Assembly: GCA_013239625.1 (NCBI GenBank)
Contig: MU054187.1
Location: forward strand, 13,362,974-13,426,973
DNA: 64,000 nucleotides
Direction of reading: 5' to 3'
DNA from: Lama guanicoe
Lineage: Eukaryota
Position numbers and translations under genes: made by a program. The notes beneath the pieces were generated by a model. It had not been told where the DNA came from. It was given only the letters and a program-made list of their open reading frames with translations, and made no database searches. Shown here piece by piece: positions 49,571 to 63,881 of this stretch (positions are counted from its first letter, which is position 1; each line of letters begins with the position of its first letter).

Positions 49571-52444
49571 GATGGCAGTGACTCATAGATCATCAGAGGA
49601 TTGTCTGACGCGATTCTGATTTTGTAGTTTAGGAAACTGAAGTTCAGACAGTTTTAATGACTGGCCAGTGTCACAGAACCACTTTCAGCACAAGGGTCTC
49701 ATGATTTAATAAATTGTGATGAATGAATGATCTGGTTCTCATTAATTTGGTTAACTAGAAATTTCAAAAAATTAATACGTAGGCATAATGGCTCCAGTGC
49801 TCTTGGCCTCCACTTTCAGCGCCATTTCTTCTGATCCCTACGTGAGGCCCACCCATCATGCATGGCATCCTTTCTGAATTCCAATACTTGAAAGCCGTTT
49901 TCTTCCAGAAACTTAACTTTACTCCATAACCCTCAAAACTTGCTTAGGAAAAGGTCTTTTAAGTTTATTGCTACTAAGGTATGAAAGATTAAGTTAATGT
50001 TACATTGAAATATTTGTTCTATTGAGAAAGTAAAATCTTTAGCTTCTATGCTGAAGCTTTAGTATTTTCAGGTGAAGGAAAGTTCATTTTGGGTTCAGAG
50101 GGCCTAAGACTATTTTGAGTATTCATACACATGAATTGTCACATACTTTTGGAAAATACTGCTGATCTTGTAATCACTGAAGTGCATTTTATCAAAGGAG
50201 ATTGATCTACCCTGGAAGCCAGGTTGGTCCTTAGAAGAGGGAACTGGGTGTTAAACAGCTATGAGTCATGATGACATAGTCATCACTAGAGCTGTACCGT
50301 TTGGAAATATCTAGCTGTGTTTTCCATCATACTGGGTCAAATACAAAGATAATGTCTGTTTTTAATTACAAACTAATGGAAGTAGCAACTCAGAGGATCA
50401 TAAAATATTCAAACTGCAAATTAAAAAAAATTCAGTATTTGGTTTTTACTGTAATCTTTCCCAAACCATGTTTTGTTTTTGACTAAGATGAAATTGAATC
50501 TCATTATATTCAGTACTGATAGCTATCAGTTTTTGAACTCCTGTGCACCAGACAAAATGTCAGGGGATTTACATCATGTAATTCATTCAACTTTATAAGA
50601 CTCTTGCATGATAGACATTTTTATCCTTGCTTTATGAACATAAATGAATTAAGTACTTAATTTATGTAGCAAATTCAATATTTGGCACATAATACACATT
50701 TAGTATTAGACATTAAGTAAATATTTCTGAATTCAGAATGAGTGAAGAAGACATGCCCAACGCCAGAAAGCCTCTGAGTAGCCCGTGTAGCCGGCCAGGG
50801 GCACTGCTGCCTTCGGGCTGGTCTGGCTGTGAGTGGGGAACAGGTTTCCTGTAGTGGTTCCGAAGCCTGGGAAATTGGACTCACCTTGGGTGGAGGTTGC
50901 GCTCCAGAGTTGGAGTCCTGTGGTCCAGTTGATGCTGTGTTGTAACTAACTCCTGAGAGCTGGGTTCGTCCTCTTCAGCAAGTCCGCTCTATTCAACATT
51001 ATCAGCTTATAACTCTTGTCAAGGACTCTCTTCTTACCGTGGAGGGTCATGTGTTACTCATTTGTCCATGTGCTCATCAAACGTTTGTTAAGAACCTATT
51101 TGTTGGGAAATTGGCTGATCTGAAACCACTGTGTCAGATCAATATTGTGTCAGAGGCAGGCACAAGCAATCTAAAAAATGACTAAATGGACCTCTTGAAC
51201 TGTTCCCAGGGTCCCAAAGGAAAATGCTTTTGTGCAGAACATGTTAGTAGATCAGTAAATTACTGATTAAAGGATAACATACCATTCAGATGTTGGGTTT
51301 TAGACTTCTGTACCACTTAATATAAAATACTTGAGAGCTAAGAAAGCAAGAGGAGAGGCATTTCCTTACACCAGGTCCCGTTCACCCAGCGCTCGCCCCG
51401 AGAAGAACTGCTGAGCTATTTCTCATCACTCATCTAAGAAGGATCTTGGATCAGACATACCCAGCACAAAACCTCAAAGGTAGGCAATGGGGTGCGACCA
51501 CTTTGAAAGTCAGGTTTTCTTTAGCGGCCATAATTCCCAGCGTGTGATTGTAGCATGGCTTCGTTGCACAGTCTCGATGGCTAGTGATAGGGAGCTATTG
51601 TTTTTGAAAGATCCAAGCATGCTCTGCAGCGTGGTGTCAAAATGAAAATATAGAATCAAAAAAGGAAGTTCTTAGAATCTGAATTCTTCCTGAAATCAAA
51701 GATCTCTTCTGTTAAAAAAAATTTTACTTGTGATAGGCGAACATGTCCGGGTTTGTTCTTAGACTTTTGGAGGAAGGCATTTCAGTGCTAAGTTTCAGTG
51801 CTAAAAGCTAGTTATGGTGTCACGAAAGAGTTGAACCATCCTTTAGAATTTTTTTCTGGGATTTCAGATAAAATGTTTTTGCAAGGAACATTTTTTCCCC
51901 CCTTCAAGGCTCACGTTAAAATAAAGGTCAGGAAATTCAGTCGAGTAAACAAGTTAGCCACAACTTTCATCCAAAGGGACACGCATCACAGGTGTCGCTC
52001 GGTGCTGCTGGAGTTGGTTTAAACACATTGGTTATGGTTATATATAGCACATGAAGTCCAAACACTCACTCCAACTCCATCATCACTTACTCAGGTTGTC
52101 CCAGCAAATTCCTCTTGGACTATTTCTTTGCCAAGTTTAAAAAGTAATGGATTCTAAACTATAACAGAGAAAAATCAACTTCTCCATTTTTGAAAAAGGT
52201 AAAAAAAAAATTCTCTTCCTTTCCCTAAAAAGGAAACTTTTCACATACAAATAAATTTGTAAGTAAGTGCATTTAGTTACTATAACAATGAAAGCAATAA
52301 ACTAGTTTATCTCAGTAGATGAAATTTTTATAAATTAAAAAGTTATAAGTAAATGTCATATTTATTTTATGGTTTTAAAAGCCATGGGAGATAAGAAGAT
52401 AAGAAATAGCAAATTAATGTACCTATTATGCTTTCTAAGTAAAC

Positions 52445-52900
52445 CTTTCTCTGAAGGAAAGTATACGTATAGAAATACACAGTTCATAAGTGTGCAGTTT
52501 GAAGCTTTTTCACAAACTGAATACACCCTTGTAACCAGCACTCAAATCAAGAACTAGATTTTCATTAGAGCATTATCCCAGGAGTTCTTCTCTTGTTCTC
52601 TGCTAGTCACCATCATTTCCTATTATTTAGGGTAATCATTACCCTTGGTTCTGACACCATAAACTAACTCAGTCATTTTTTTTTGTACTTTGTGTAAGTG
52701 GAATTGTACAGTATGTACTTTTTGTGTGTGTCTGGATAATGAATAGAACTGGCGGGAACATAACTGTACACATCTTTTGATGAATACGTGCATGCGTCTG
52801 TCTTAGGTATAAGCCAAACACTAGAGTTGGTGGGTCACAGATTGTGTATGTGTTCAGTTATATAGATAATGCCAAACTGTTTGCAAAGTGGTTCTGTGTG
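52445..52900 (-). mobile_element. L1ME-type 3' fragment
   Basis: GAAATACACAGTTCATAAGTGTGCAGTTTGAAGCTTTTTCACAAACTGAATACACCCTTGTAACCAGCAC. Confidence 0.65.
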
Positions 52901-53491
52901 CTTTTTATGCATGCCTGTGCTAAACTGTAATGCTTTTCCCTATCTCATTTGTCATGAGAGACTTTTAAACTGAAAAAAAAAATCTGAAAAACTTCTGCTT
53001 CATATATTTAAAGATAATTTTGTTAATATAGTTATTTTGAGTGAAACTTTTTTGTGACCTAAATTGTAACTTGTGAAAACATATGTTCATAACGGTACTA
53101 ACAACTCCACCTGAAGTCCAGGCTGGAAGTTCTGCAATGAAAGGTGAATCACCATGAGACAAAGCTGTAGTCCAGCTTAGAAATAGTGTGCATATTCTAA
53201 TTTTACGTAACCAAGCTTTCTATATTACAAACAGATACCAGGTTGCTTTCCAGGATAAGCAGGTAAAAATGTGTTTCTAAATCTTTTCCTCAAAATAGTT
53301 CAGACAGTTTTTAATCACCGACAATTGAGACCACCCTGGTTAATTTAGCAAAAAGAAATTTGATAAAAAGATATTTAGAACCACTCAGTCTCTCAGAGGG
53401 TCAGAGAACCAGTCTTGGAGACATGTCAGTCATATAAGATGCCTTTGAACATGTTTTGGAACTGCCACAGGATATAAATCCACAGACTGCC

Positions 53492-54004
53492 CTGGGTAGC
53501 CGTCTTCAAGATGGCCCCTGTGAGTCTCCCATCCTGGTATTCATATTCTGTGCTGTCTCCTTTCACATGAAATTAGAGTTGCTCTGTGTGACCAGTAGAG
53601 ATTGGCAGAGGTGACAGTGTGTGACTCATGAGACTAGGTTATAGAGAACATTGAAGCTTCCCCGTGGTCTCTGAGATTGTACACTCAGGGGGAAGCCAGC
53701 TGCCATCGTGTGTCAAGGAGCCCCGTGGAGAGGAACTGCGTTCCCAGCCAACAGCCAGCACCAGCTTTCCAGCCACCTGAGTGAGCCAACTTGGAAGCAG
53801 GCCCTCCCTCCCCACTCACACCTTCAGATGATTTCAGCCTTCCTAATATCTTGACTGCAAACCACTCTGAGCCGTGGCCACTCAGCGGTGCTGCTGAATT
53901 CCTGACCCACAGAAACTGAGAAAAAGAAATGTTTATAGTTGTTTGAAGCCATTACCTTTGGAGGGAGGCAGAGAATTTGTTACACAGCAACAGAGAGCCA
54001 ATCA
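53492..54004 (+). mobile_element. MaLR LTR (MLT1F-like), apparently inside an older degraded LTR (~53320-54240)
   Basis: CAAGATGGCCCC...CCTGGTATTCA...GGGGAAGCCAGCTGCCAT...AATTCCTGACCCACAGAAACT...TTGTTACACAGCAA. Confidence 0.8.
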
Positions 54005-54799
54005 TCAATCCTAGATACGGGGTACAGCTGTTGGAACTGTTGCCACCACTGCCTTTGGGAACTAGATGCATCCGTAAGCAGCATCACCAAAATGGATTCT
54101 GCACGGTCTCCCTTTCTTCAGTTCATGGCTTCTGATTCAAAATCAGGGCTCTTTGCATTTGACAGACACTGCCTGGAATGATGTGCCCATATTTCAGTTG
54201 CAAAGAAGGCTTGGAAATGCAAGTAGCTGCCCACTGACCATTTCAACTTCTAGTATAGAAGGTGAGTTCTGCCTCAGAAGGAAGTTCCCCAAACCTAGGA
54301 AGATAGTTTTGACACCGGGCAGCCAAGAGGAAGCCAAGTGTCCGCTGTGTCAGGACTCCTCCAAGTGTGCTGTTCTGTGAATTTTCTGTGCTTGGCCTGT
54401 GATAGACAAACACAGAAAGTGAGAATGAGCTTTCAGAAACTTTTATAGCCATTTGAGATGGCCACAATATTTTTACTGTGTTTGACAACAATGTTGACCC
54501 ACAACAAGTTGAAAATAAAACACAGAACTGGTTCTTCCTAAAACCACAGATAGTTTGAGAAGCATTGTCCAGCACCGTATCTATCACAGTAGGACTCTTA
54601 TTTGAAACTACTGTGCCTCTCAACTCTGCCTTGAGAGCCTCAGGAAGACATTGTTTTCTCATGTGACTGATGTCGCCGAGGGACAGTTTTCCCTGCATCC
54701 CTTAAGCTACTCAGAGATCCTGACATCCTTCATACCTCAACTCCTTGCATTAAAAATCAAATTGTTTTGGCCCAGGGACATGATGGGAATAAGAGGAGT

Positions 54800-54980
54800 A
54801 ATTCTGTAATCCTCACAGCAAATCTATGAGATAAGTATTAGCGTGGCACCTGCTTTACCAATGAGATCAGTGAGGCACAGGGAAGATAAGTAACTTGCCT
54901 GGTCACGCAGCTCTCCACTGGGGAGAACCAGCCTTTGAACTCAGCCAACCAGCTCTACCTAGAGATCGCACTCTTGGCCA
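54800..54980 (-). mobile_element. MIR SINE
   Basis: TAATCCTCACAGCAAATCTATGAGATAAGTATTA...GAGGCACAG...TAAGTAACTTGCCTGGTCAC. Confidence 0.7.
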
Positions 54981-56889
54981 CTCTCCCACATAGCCAGCCT
55001 CTCTAAAGGACGAGGGAAAAGACTGATACGATGCAAAATATTAAATCAAAGGGTTTCTTGGATATGGAGTTTGTTTCCTCTTTGAGTAAAGACCTTTGTG
55101 GAGATCTCTAAGAAAGAACTTTTAGGAAAATGCTATTTTTTCTTAGTTGTTAATCTACTGTATGTTTCAAGAGCTCTGGTGCCTGCCTTCTACAACATTA
55201 TAAAGCCTTTGAAACATAGTACGTAATCACATTCCAGGGTTATGCTTTTAAGACAAGTACCTTTATGTTTTAGGTCATTTGTGAATATGGCTTTAAAAAA
55301 ATATATTGGAGTCTCTCAAGACTGAGATACACAAATCTTTCAGAATTTTAACTTCCGAGGTATGAAATGTTAGGTGGATTTCAGCATTACACACCAATCC
55401 TACAAAATTTATATGTATTTTATATGTATATAATTGATCCCTTAAGAATGGTGGTCCATTTAGCAGACCATGAAGCTAATTTCCAGAGGTCAAAGAACCA
55501 ACTCACAGTATGAAGCAGCTGTCCATGACCTCAGAACAAGTCAAGGCAAGCCTGGACTCCAAGTTGAAGGCTTTTGTACACCCTGTAACAGCCCACATCC
55601 ATCCCTTACTGACAGAGCCCTAACTGGATTTCAAACCCTGTAAATTCCCAGCACACCTCTAAGAAGTTGAGGATGGCTAAAAGTCATTTCACAGTAGGAT
55701 TGATTTGCAGCCAGAATCAACCAGCCTTTGGCCTCATTTTTGTGTAGCTTGGATGATCCTATCATCAGATCTGCCTCTCTATATAAAATGTTTCCTGTTT
55801 GAATTTCCTTTTTCAAATGAATGGATTTATTATCCTAGAGAAAGACTTGGCCTCGCTGTTCTCAGAAGGGCAGGAGGAATGAAACGTTATAGATCAAATG
55901 CATTTCATGTGGCCCTGTCAGCTGAGAATTGGTTTATGTGTATCATTTTATGGAAGGCAGAGGAACAGAGACACACACATTGAATATATTGGTGTAACAA
56001 CACTGGCTAGGTCCAAGAAAACAGATATGTATATGGAGAGAGAAAGAGAGGGCCAGAGGGGAGAGAGAAGGAAAGAGAGTGAGGGAGGTGGGAGAGGAGA
56101 AAGAGAGAGAGATCACATGGTCCATTCTTATCTCACTTGGAATGTGTGGACCAAAACGGAATTCCATGCCAGTAAGTGGAGTGGAAGAGGGAGGGATCAG
56201 TGTTGGATGAAAAAGACTGAGAAGCCTTCATGGAAAAGCTGAAATCTTAGGCAGGATTTGGATAACAACATGGCCCATCACTTACTGAATACCTGCTTGA
56301 TTAAACATGATCTTAAAAAATCTTTAGCAGCCGTTTGAGGTAGGTACTACTGTACTTTACTTTCTGTTTCACAGTTCCAGAAGTAAGTTGCCCATATCAC
56401 ATAGTTAAGAGGTAACTGGAGTTCAAACCAGACTCTAAAGCACATGCTCTTAACTCCATACTTCTCTTTGCTGCCTCAGACCACGCAGAGGAGAGGTACC
56501 GAGTCCAGGGATGGAGTGGGAGACAGCAATCTGAACGAAGGTTGGGAGGTGAATGAAATCATATTCTGGGGTCAGTGCAACTGGCCTGACCAGCAGATGA
56601 CTTAAGTGGATGGTTTTTGAGGGAGAAATTGTGGTTGATAAAACTGGAGAATTGATAAAGTTGAAAAATGTTATAGGAACTAAAGATTACTACATAAATG
56701 GATTCTTAGCATGGAAATAATATTATGGAAAATATAATTTTCTTAGGAGGGTGAGCTCAGCAGTCAGTCCTATGTAGATGAACTGACAGGGGAAGGATGG
56801 GAGGCTGGGAAGTCACTGAGAAGATCTGCACAAGTGACAGGGACGAGGCGATGAGACGTGGACTAGTGTAGCAGTTCTTGGATTTGTCA

Positions 56890-57351
56890 ATGGTCTTGGG
56901 ATCATTGATAAAAATGATGGAGGGCTGCAGAGTGCTTTTGTTTACATGGGTTTTTATCTATTGTTTATCAAATTTGAAATTAAAAGAAAATTTAAACATG
57001 TATTAAATTATTTAAAATAATAACATAAATATTAACATAAAAGCATTTTCATGAAAAAATATTTTTAAAACAAAATACTGAGAAAATGATTTTGTTTTAC
57101 ACTCCTGCAAGTTCCTTTACTGTCTAGCTTAATAGGATCTGTCTGGATTGTCATATATTCAGTTGTCATGCAGTTTGTTGTAATGTCACAAGACATGTGG
57201 TCTCCAGAAAAATCCACTGTACACTTGTGAGAGAAAGTGAAAAAGGCAAATAGCACCTAAAAATTATCATGAAAATTGTTTGACCCCATGACACCCTGAA
57301 AGACTTTTGGGGACTCCCATGGGTCCCTGAATGACAGTTTGAGAACTACTG
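56890..57351. mobile_element. hAT-Charlie MITE (MER119-like)
   Basis: Charlie1-like interior and terminus CCCTGAAAGAC...GGGTCCCTGAATGACAGTTTGAGAACTACTG. Confidence 0.65.
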
Positions 57352-58044
57352 GGCTGGAATGTGTCCAAGGAGATGAGAAACATGGACTGACCCAGAGAAA
57401 CAAAACAGCAGCATCTGGAGACTGATCGGGCTTAGGGGGAACTGCCAAGGGAAGAGTCCTGTGTGATCCACACATCAGACCTGGGTGACCTGCAGCAGTT
57501 GTGACGCTGCTTGCAGGATGGGGAAACCCACAGGGGAAGGCAGTCTGGTGGGGAAGTTGGTCATTTCTGGTTTTGGTGATTTGAATGTGAAGTAACAGAA
57601 AGACATTCAAGTACACGTGAAGTTAGGTCACAGAAGGTGATAGGACCTTTTGTTACTAATGAAAGTAACTTTTTCAAAAGTGAGTTTTAAAATGAAATTT
57701 AAAAATTTAATTTGAAAATGAAATGGAAGCAGGTACTATCCTTTCTGTTTAATTCATCACAATGCAGTTATTTATTTATTTAGGGTGGAACATTAGAGGA
57801 ATTCAACTGTACTTGAAAGATTTTATTTCTTAAGATGAGGAATAAGTATATGGGCATTTATTTTATTATTCTTCATACAGGTTTGTATGTCTAGAATAAT
57901 TTATAATAAATCAAAAAATTTAGAGTTCACATCACAGACTAATTCACACATCTCTCTGTCATATACACGCACACACACAATATTTATATTTCTTAGATTA
58001 GATGCCATTTTATTTCCAGATGCTAGTGCTAGGGATGACCATTT

Positions 58045-58265
58045 AGAAAAAGAAATAAGGGAAGGGAGAGAGGGAGAGAGAGAGAAAAAGAGGTGGGGGA
58101 GAGAGAGAGAGAAAGAAAGGGAGAAAGAGAAAGGAAAGAAAGGAAGAAGGGGAGGGAAGGGAGGAAGGAAAGGCAGAGAAAGAAAGGAAAGAAGGAAGGA
58201 AGAAAAGAAAGAAGAAAGAAAGGCAGAAGAGAGGGTGAGGGGGCAAGGGAGTGGGGAGGAAAGAA
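58045..58265. repeat. Purine-rich (GA/GGAA) low-complexity tract
   Basis: Direct inspection; accounts for the spurious R/K/E-rich and F/L/S-rich ORFs here. Confidence 0.9.
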
Positions 58266-61200
58266 AGTATGTAAACTAAATTCAAAATCTTGCACCTTCT
58301 CTTTAGACATTGAAATGCAGTCTGTATGGAAACGACTTATCTGCCACTCTGACAAAATACAGGAAAAGTGTAAGCTGAATAGGAAGGTGCCAGTATTCAC
58401 AGGATACCAGAGACCTGTATGTTAGTTACTATGTGTATTGAGTAATGAATGATTTAGTCAGACCCAAAGTTCCTAGAGGAGTTTACAGCATTTTGTAGGA
58501 AAGATGAATGGGAAACAGAATTTCTACTTATGTGGTAGGTTTCCTGTGGAATCGGGGCATCAGAAGAACAAAGTACTTACAGGGTGCAGCAGAGGAAGCA
58601 ACGACATGTCCCTGCTCTGGGAGTGGAGGAGGTCTGAGTGTGAGCTCTGACTCAGGCACTACTAGCTTTGAGCCATTGGGGATGTTACTTAATTGCATGA
58701 GCTTTAGTTTTAAAATATTTTTACCGATTAGAAATATAGTAATAGTAGCTGCTTCCCAGGATTGCAGCCAGGGTTAATGCAGGGTAGACCTCAGTGAATG
58801 AAGGCCCCTCTTACCATGTATCACAGACCATTAAACCTCCATCTGTCGTCCACCCCCGCACTCACCCCCCGCACCCCCCACCACAATGGCCGTCCACATG
58901 AACGCTCATATTCTAACTACTTTGATTACAGTCTCCACCACAGAGTCATGCAATTGTCCTCCTCCTTAAGCCTTCAAGAGCCGGGGCCCTGGTTTCTATC
59001 AGCCTTTGCCGAATCTGGAGTATTTCCGGGGCATACCTTATGCCTTCCTGTCTGTGAATTTCACAGGCTTTTCATTTTCTGATCCTTCTTTAGCTCTGAA
59101 ACTATTGCATATTCACCATATTACATACCTTTCCAAAGTGTGTCTTATAGCCATTGTAACCAACTAATAAATGAAGTGGGCAAGAATATATAAGTTTAAT
59201 TTTTATGCAAGAAATTAACATGCTAATAAAAACTCAAAGTCTTTTAAAAAGCATGTTTGTGGTGGGGGTGCTGTGAGAGGTGATGATCATTAGAATATCT
59301 TAGATCATTAACAAGTAGATTTACAGGTAGAAGAAGACAATCATTTACCTTCAGTGTCTATTACAGTGTTTAGTGAATATACTCCCACCTGAGGCTCTGA
59401 ACTAGAAGTAAGCCAGGTGCCTTCTTAGATCAATGAATGAATGAATGGGGCAAGTGAAAAGATGTATGCAAAGACTGCTTAGCCAAAAATAATGTGCGTA
59501 CGCTAAAGTGATGAATTTCACTGTGTAGGCAATTTAGCTAACAATGAAGCTTAACTTTCTTGACAAACAGGAATTTCATTTTTGGTTCTTTTTTTTACTC
59601 CAAGGATATCATTCATGTAAGGTAGGGACAAAAGTTACCTTAATGCCAAGTAGAACGTCTTTCTACTAATAATTGTTTCATAAACATATGTGTTCTATAA
59701 ACTGTCATAACCCTTATTCTTTTGTACTCGTTTCATGACCTTTGCAAACAAATGGAAGACTCACATTTGCTCAGTTCCCCTTGGTACTTAATTACTAGAA
59801 ATTTAAGGACGTAGCAGGGATGACAGCTGTTCTGAGTTTCAGTTATTTTTCTGCTTGTCTTCCAGGCTAATAACTTGGAGGTCTGGGCTGAATGCATTCC
59901 ATTTTTAGCAATGGGAAGCATCTAGAGAATCTTGTTTCCCACATAACTGAGTGGAACAGAAGTGGGTCACCCACAAGTTTCAGAAATCCTCTTAGAAGGG
60001 CTCAGGAGCTAAGCGGAACATTTCCACTCTTGGGAACAATTGGTTTTAATCAGAAGATTCAGCAATGAAAGCAGAAAGCTGGGCTGAAACAGAAGGGGTG
60101 GTAAAGAAGACTTCCTGAATAGTAACAATGCCTGTGCAAAATAATGCTTGACATTCTTTTGGTGAATTTGAGCATTATTGCTGTGGTTTACACCAAGATA
60201 CAGAATCATATGTCTCACATAGAATCGTAGACTTAAGACCTAAATTGAATTGAAGGTGTTACTTGGATCAACTTCTTTTACAGCCCAGGAGACTGGGATC
60301 CAGAGAGCTGAAAGGACTTATCCAAAGTCCTATGGCTCGTCCGGGGCAGAGCTGGGAACAGAACACATTTCCTCTTCCCAGTCAGAGCACTTCCCTCCCC
60401 ACCACATCTGCTTCCTCTCCTCCTTTTCGCTTTTGTCCCTCAGGTCAGAGCTCCAGTGCTCTGGTGGATGTTCTCAGCACAATCTCCAGATGGCAATTTT
60501 CGACACTTCTGTGTCTGGGCACCTTCTTGTCTCCCAACTTAAAAAAAAAATGTTTTTGTGAAATTATTCAGTTTTGTGGTAGAGTCAAGCAATGATGTTT
60601 GAAAATTTATTGCATTTGGATAATATCTAGATGGCAGCTGATAATATATAGCTCTGTGCTATTGAGGTAGGTGTGTTTAGAGAATCATACAGCTGGAAGG
60701 AGTTCTTTGGCTCATGTGATCTAAGCCCCTACTTTACAGATTAGGAAACAAAAGCCTGGAAAATTTAGTAGCCATCAGTTTAAAATACATGGAGTGTTCT
60801 AATGTCATGCAATGTTCTCTCAAAGCAACATTTGTGTGTTTGAACTTTGATTCTATAAAAGGTTTAACAAAAATGGTCATTTTTTTCTTGCATTCTAACT
60901 AAAGCTCTTTGTATTTATTAAATATTAATGTACATTATTATATTTTTTTTGTTTTATTCACTTGGAGGGATTCTAATAGGAATAGCATTAAATCATCAAC
61001 CATTGAAAATTATTAGAATACTGGGGTCTGAATAACAATGTAATTTGAGCAGTAGTAGGCTACTGTGGTCATCAACATTACCATTTTGATTAGATTGACA
61101 GTGTACTTGTCACACATGTATCTGGTTATCATTGCTTATGCTGTTGTCATCTCAGCATCCTACAACTTCACCTGTGAAATCCTCCCCACTGCCCATCCTT

Positions 61201-63059
61201 CAAAGCTCAGGGCAATGCCTCTCCCCTATGAAGCTTTCAACAGTTGCTCCAAACCTAGAGCATCTCTTCCTCTTTTGCATCCCAAATTCTTCTCTTCTGT
61301 CACGTATTACACTAGCCTGTGTTTTACTAGTAAATTAAATGGTGCTCTTACTCCTATTCTGGATTTTAAACTCCACAAGGGAAGAGATTAGGTTAATAGT
61401 TTTGGATTCCCTGCAATATCTTGTATTTTGGAGATGCACAGTATTTGTTAAATGAGTAAATGAGTGGATAATAAATATGAAAGCACTTGGCCAAACACAA
61501 AGCCTTAAACTTTAGAATATTGATGGTGAACAGCACAAAGTGGGGAAGTCCTAAGTTTTTAAAGTTGAGACTCACTTGAGAATTTATTGAGAAGCTGAGT
61601 GTCCAGAACAGATATCATAAAGAATGTCTTCAGTTCCTCTCTGGGATGTCTTTATTCACAGACTAATCTGAGAAATAACCGTTGGTGAAATACCATACGA
61701 CATTGCAAGTTATAAGGGTGGAGTTTCCATAATATTCAGTTCCCTGCGATTGGAAAACCACATGTTGCCCTTTCAAGAACTGTTTTAGCCGTATCAGGTG
61801 CGTGAACAGACTCCAGGCACCATCTGCTCCACCGCTGCCAATTAAGTTTGCTGTGTTCTCCCTGACAGGCTGACTGTTCCATTAAAACAAGGGGCTTTTC
61901 CAGGAAAAAAGATCTTGGGATTTTCTTTGGTCATTAGATAGCTCTACATCAGATAGGAGCATAAAAATTTTCTTTGTGTGGGGAAAGAGGAGAGCTTTCC
62001 TGAAGTGGGGCTCATATTACAAAAATGGGGGGAAAGGGATTTAAGCGCTTATTTCAGTTCCTTTTCCAAACATGGAAAGTTAAATAGTAGTTCAGCCTCA
62101 ATCCTTTCAGAGGAAGATCTCATTGCAAATGTAAACTCCACTGCTCGCTCACAGTGTTTCATATATTGCAAATAACCCAGACTTGAGATTCAGGTGGCCA
62201 CATGCAAATCCTAGGTGAAAGTCTGGAAGTGTCAGCTCAAAAGCAAAAGAATTTTCTCTACACACTTAGGTTCTGATTTAACTGTATTTTTTTTTAACTG
62301 CCTATATTATGGACCTCCATGTTTTATCCTTTTAAATGTAAAACATGAGAAAACTAATACCGCCCCATTATTAGTTGGCCACAGAGTAAATCATTGGCAG
62401 AAATGGAACATGGCCTTTGAATTTTAAACTCGCTCAAGTCCATGAGGCCAGATTGCCTCGTACTTGGCTTTGCTGTTGCTGCTGCGTGGTGAGGATGGAT
62501 AAAGCATACCTGACTATTGTCTCTAAGGATAAAAGCTCCATAGAACATACTGCTTGAAACAATTAACTGAGACGAAAAACTTCATCTGTATTTCCTTCTC
62601 TGCAAGTTACTTGACTCTGTGAGCCTCATTGTTCCCAGTTTGCAAAATGAGAATAGTCACTCGCCCTGCACCTCTCTTACATTCATTACAAAAATCAAGA
62701 GAGCCTCAAAAATTGTGAAGTCCTGCGTGCGTGTGAGGTATTGTTGTAACTGTAGAGTGCTACATGTATTCATCTTGTGAACCTTTGACTTTCTTTAGTG
62801 AAACACTGAAACACACTGAATATCTGGTACCTCCCCAGAGCAGGCCTACTCTTCTGTAATTGCTTACCTAGAAAAGGGAAAAGGCCTGCTATCCAGGAGG
62901 GGTGGAGGGGACAGACAGTTTTGTTAATTAGCATATAAACACATGTAGGGAGTTATCTGTCACTTGAGGAAGTGCTTTCCTTCTTATTCCTTCTCTTCCT
63001 TCTTCTTTCACACACACACATGCACGCATGCATGCACGCACGTACACCAGTATAGACTC

Positions 63060-63400
63060 ACTGATTATTTCTTGTTGTTCAAGTCAGTAATAGCCCATTA
63101 CTTTTATTATTCATTTTGATGCTCAAATTGTCACAGATTTGACCATGGGGAGCCCCTTAAGTTGTCTCCTATGGCCTGCTACGTGTCCCATCATTCTTTG
63201 AGCACTTCCTTACTTATTTTTTGCACAAGATGTGCTAGGCTCATCTTGTACTTTCCTTTCCCCAGCCCTAGAATCAACATTTTCCCAAGAAGTTCTGGTT
63301 CCTTTTGGTAGAGAATGGGATTTAGAAACCAAGATCTTTGTGTTGGATGTGCCCATTGCTCCTAGAGTGTCATTGCTTTTAGGTCCTCACAGAGAACAGA
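63060..63400 (-). mobile_element. L1MC4/5-like 3' fragment
   Basis: TGCTCAAATTGTCACAGATTTGACC...AGGCTCATCTTGTACTTTCC...TTTAGAAACCAAGATCT. Confidence 0.65.
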
Positions 63401-63704
63401 GGAAAATAAGGAAAAAGATGCAGCCGGTCTGAAATGTGTGTTTGTAGGTGACATAATGAGTCTTCCAAGTAGAAGAAATCAAGTCCATATGTATGTGTTT
63501 TCTTATTTTCTTGTTTTTAATTTCTCTGATTACTAGTATGCTAAACCCTTTTGCCATATTTATTTGTCATTTATTTTTATTCTTTTGTGAAAATAAGTGT
63601 ATACTTTTTTCTTTTTCCTAGTTCACTATTGGGTTATTTGCCACTTCTTTTATGTATTTGTACCTTTTCTTTTTTTAAACTTTGACCTTTAAAAACTTTA
63701 CAAG

Positions 63705-63736
<32 letters not shown>

Positions 63737-63881
63737 AAAACAGGAACTGAAACAGATATGTATATGCATATTGCAGCATTACTAATGCAGCATAATACAG
63801 CATCCTTGCTACATGACTAGTGATAGACAAAAAGTGGAAGCAATTCAAGTGTCCGTCAACAGATGAATTGATAAAATGTAA

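Noticed and set aside
57887..58425. Charged or hydrophobic ORFs
   Set aside because: Translations of a purine-rich simple repeat; the same applies at 4.0-4.3 kb and 10.5-10.8 kb.
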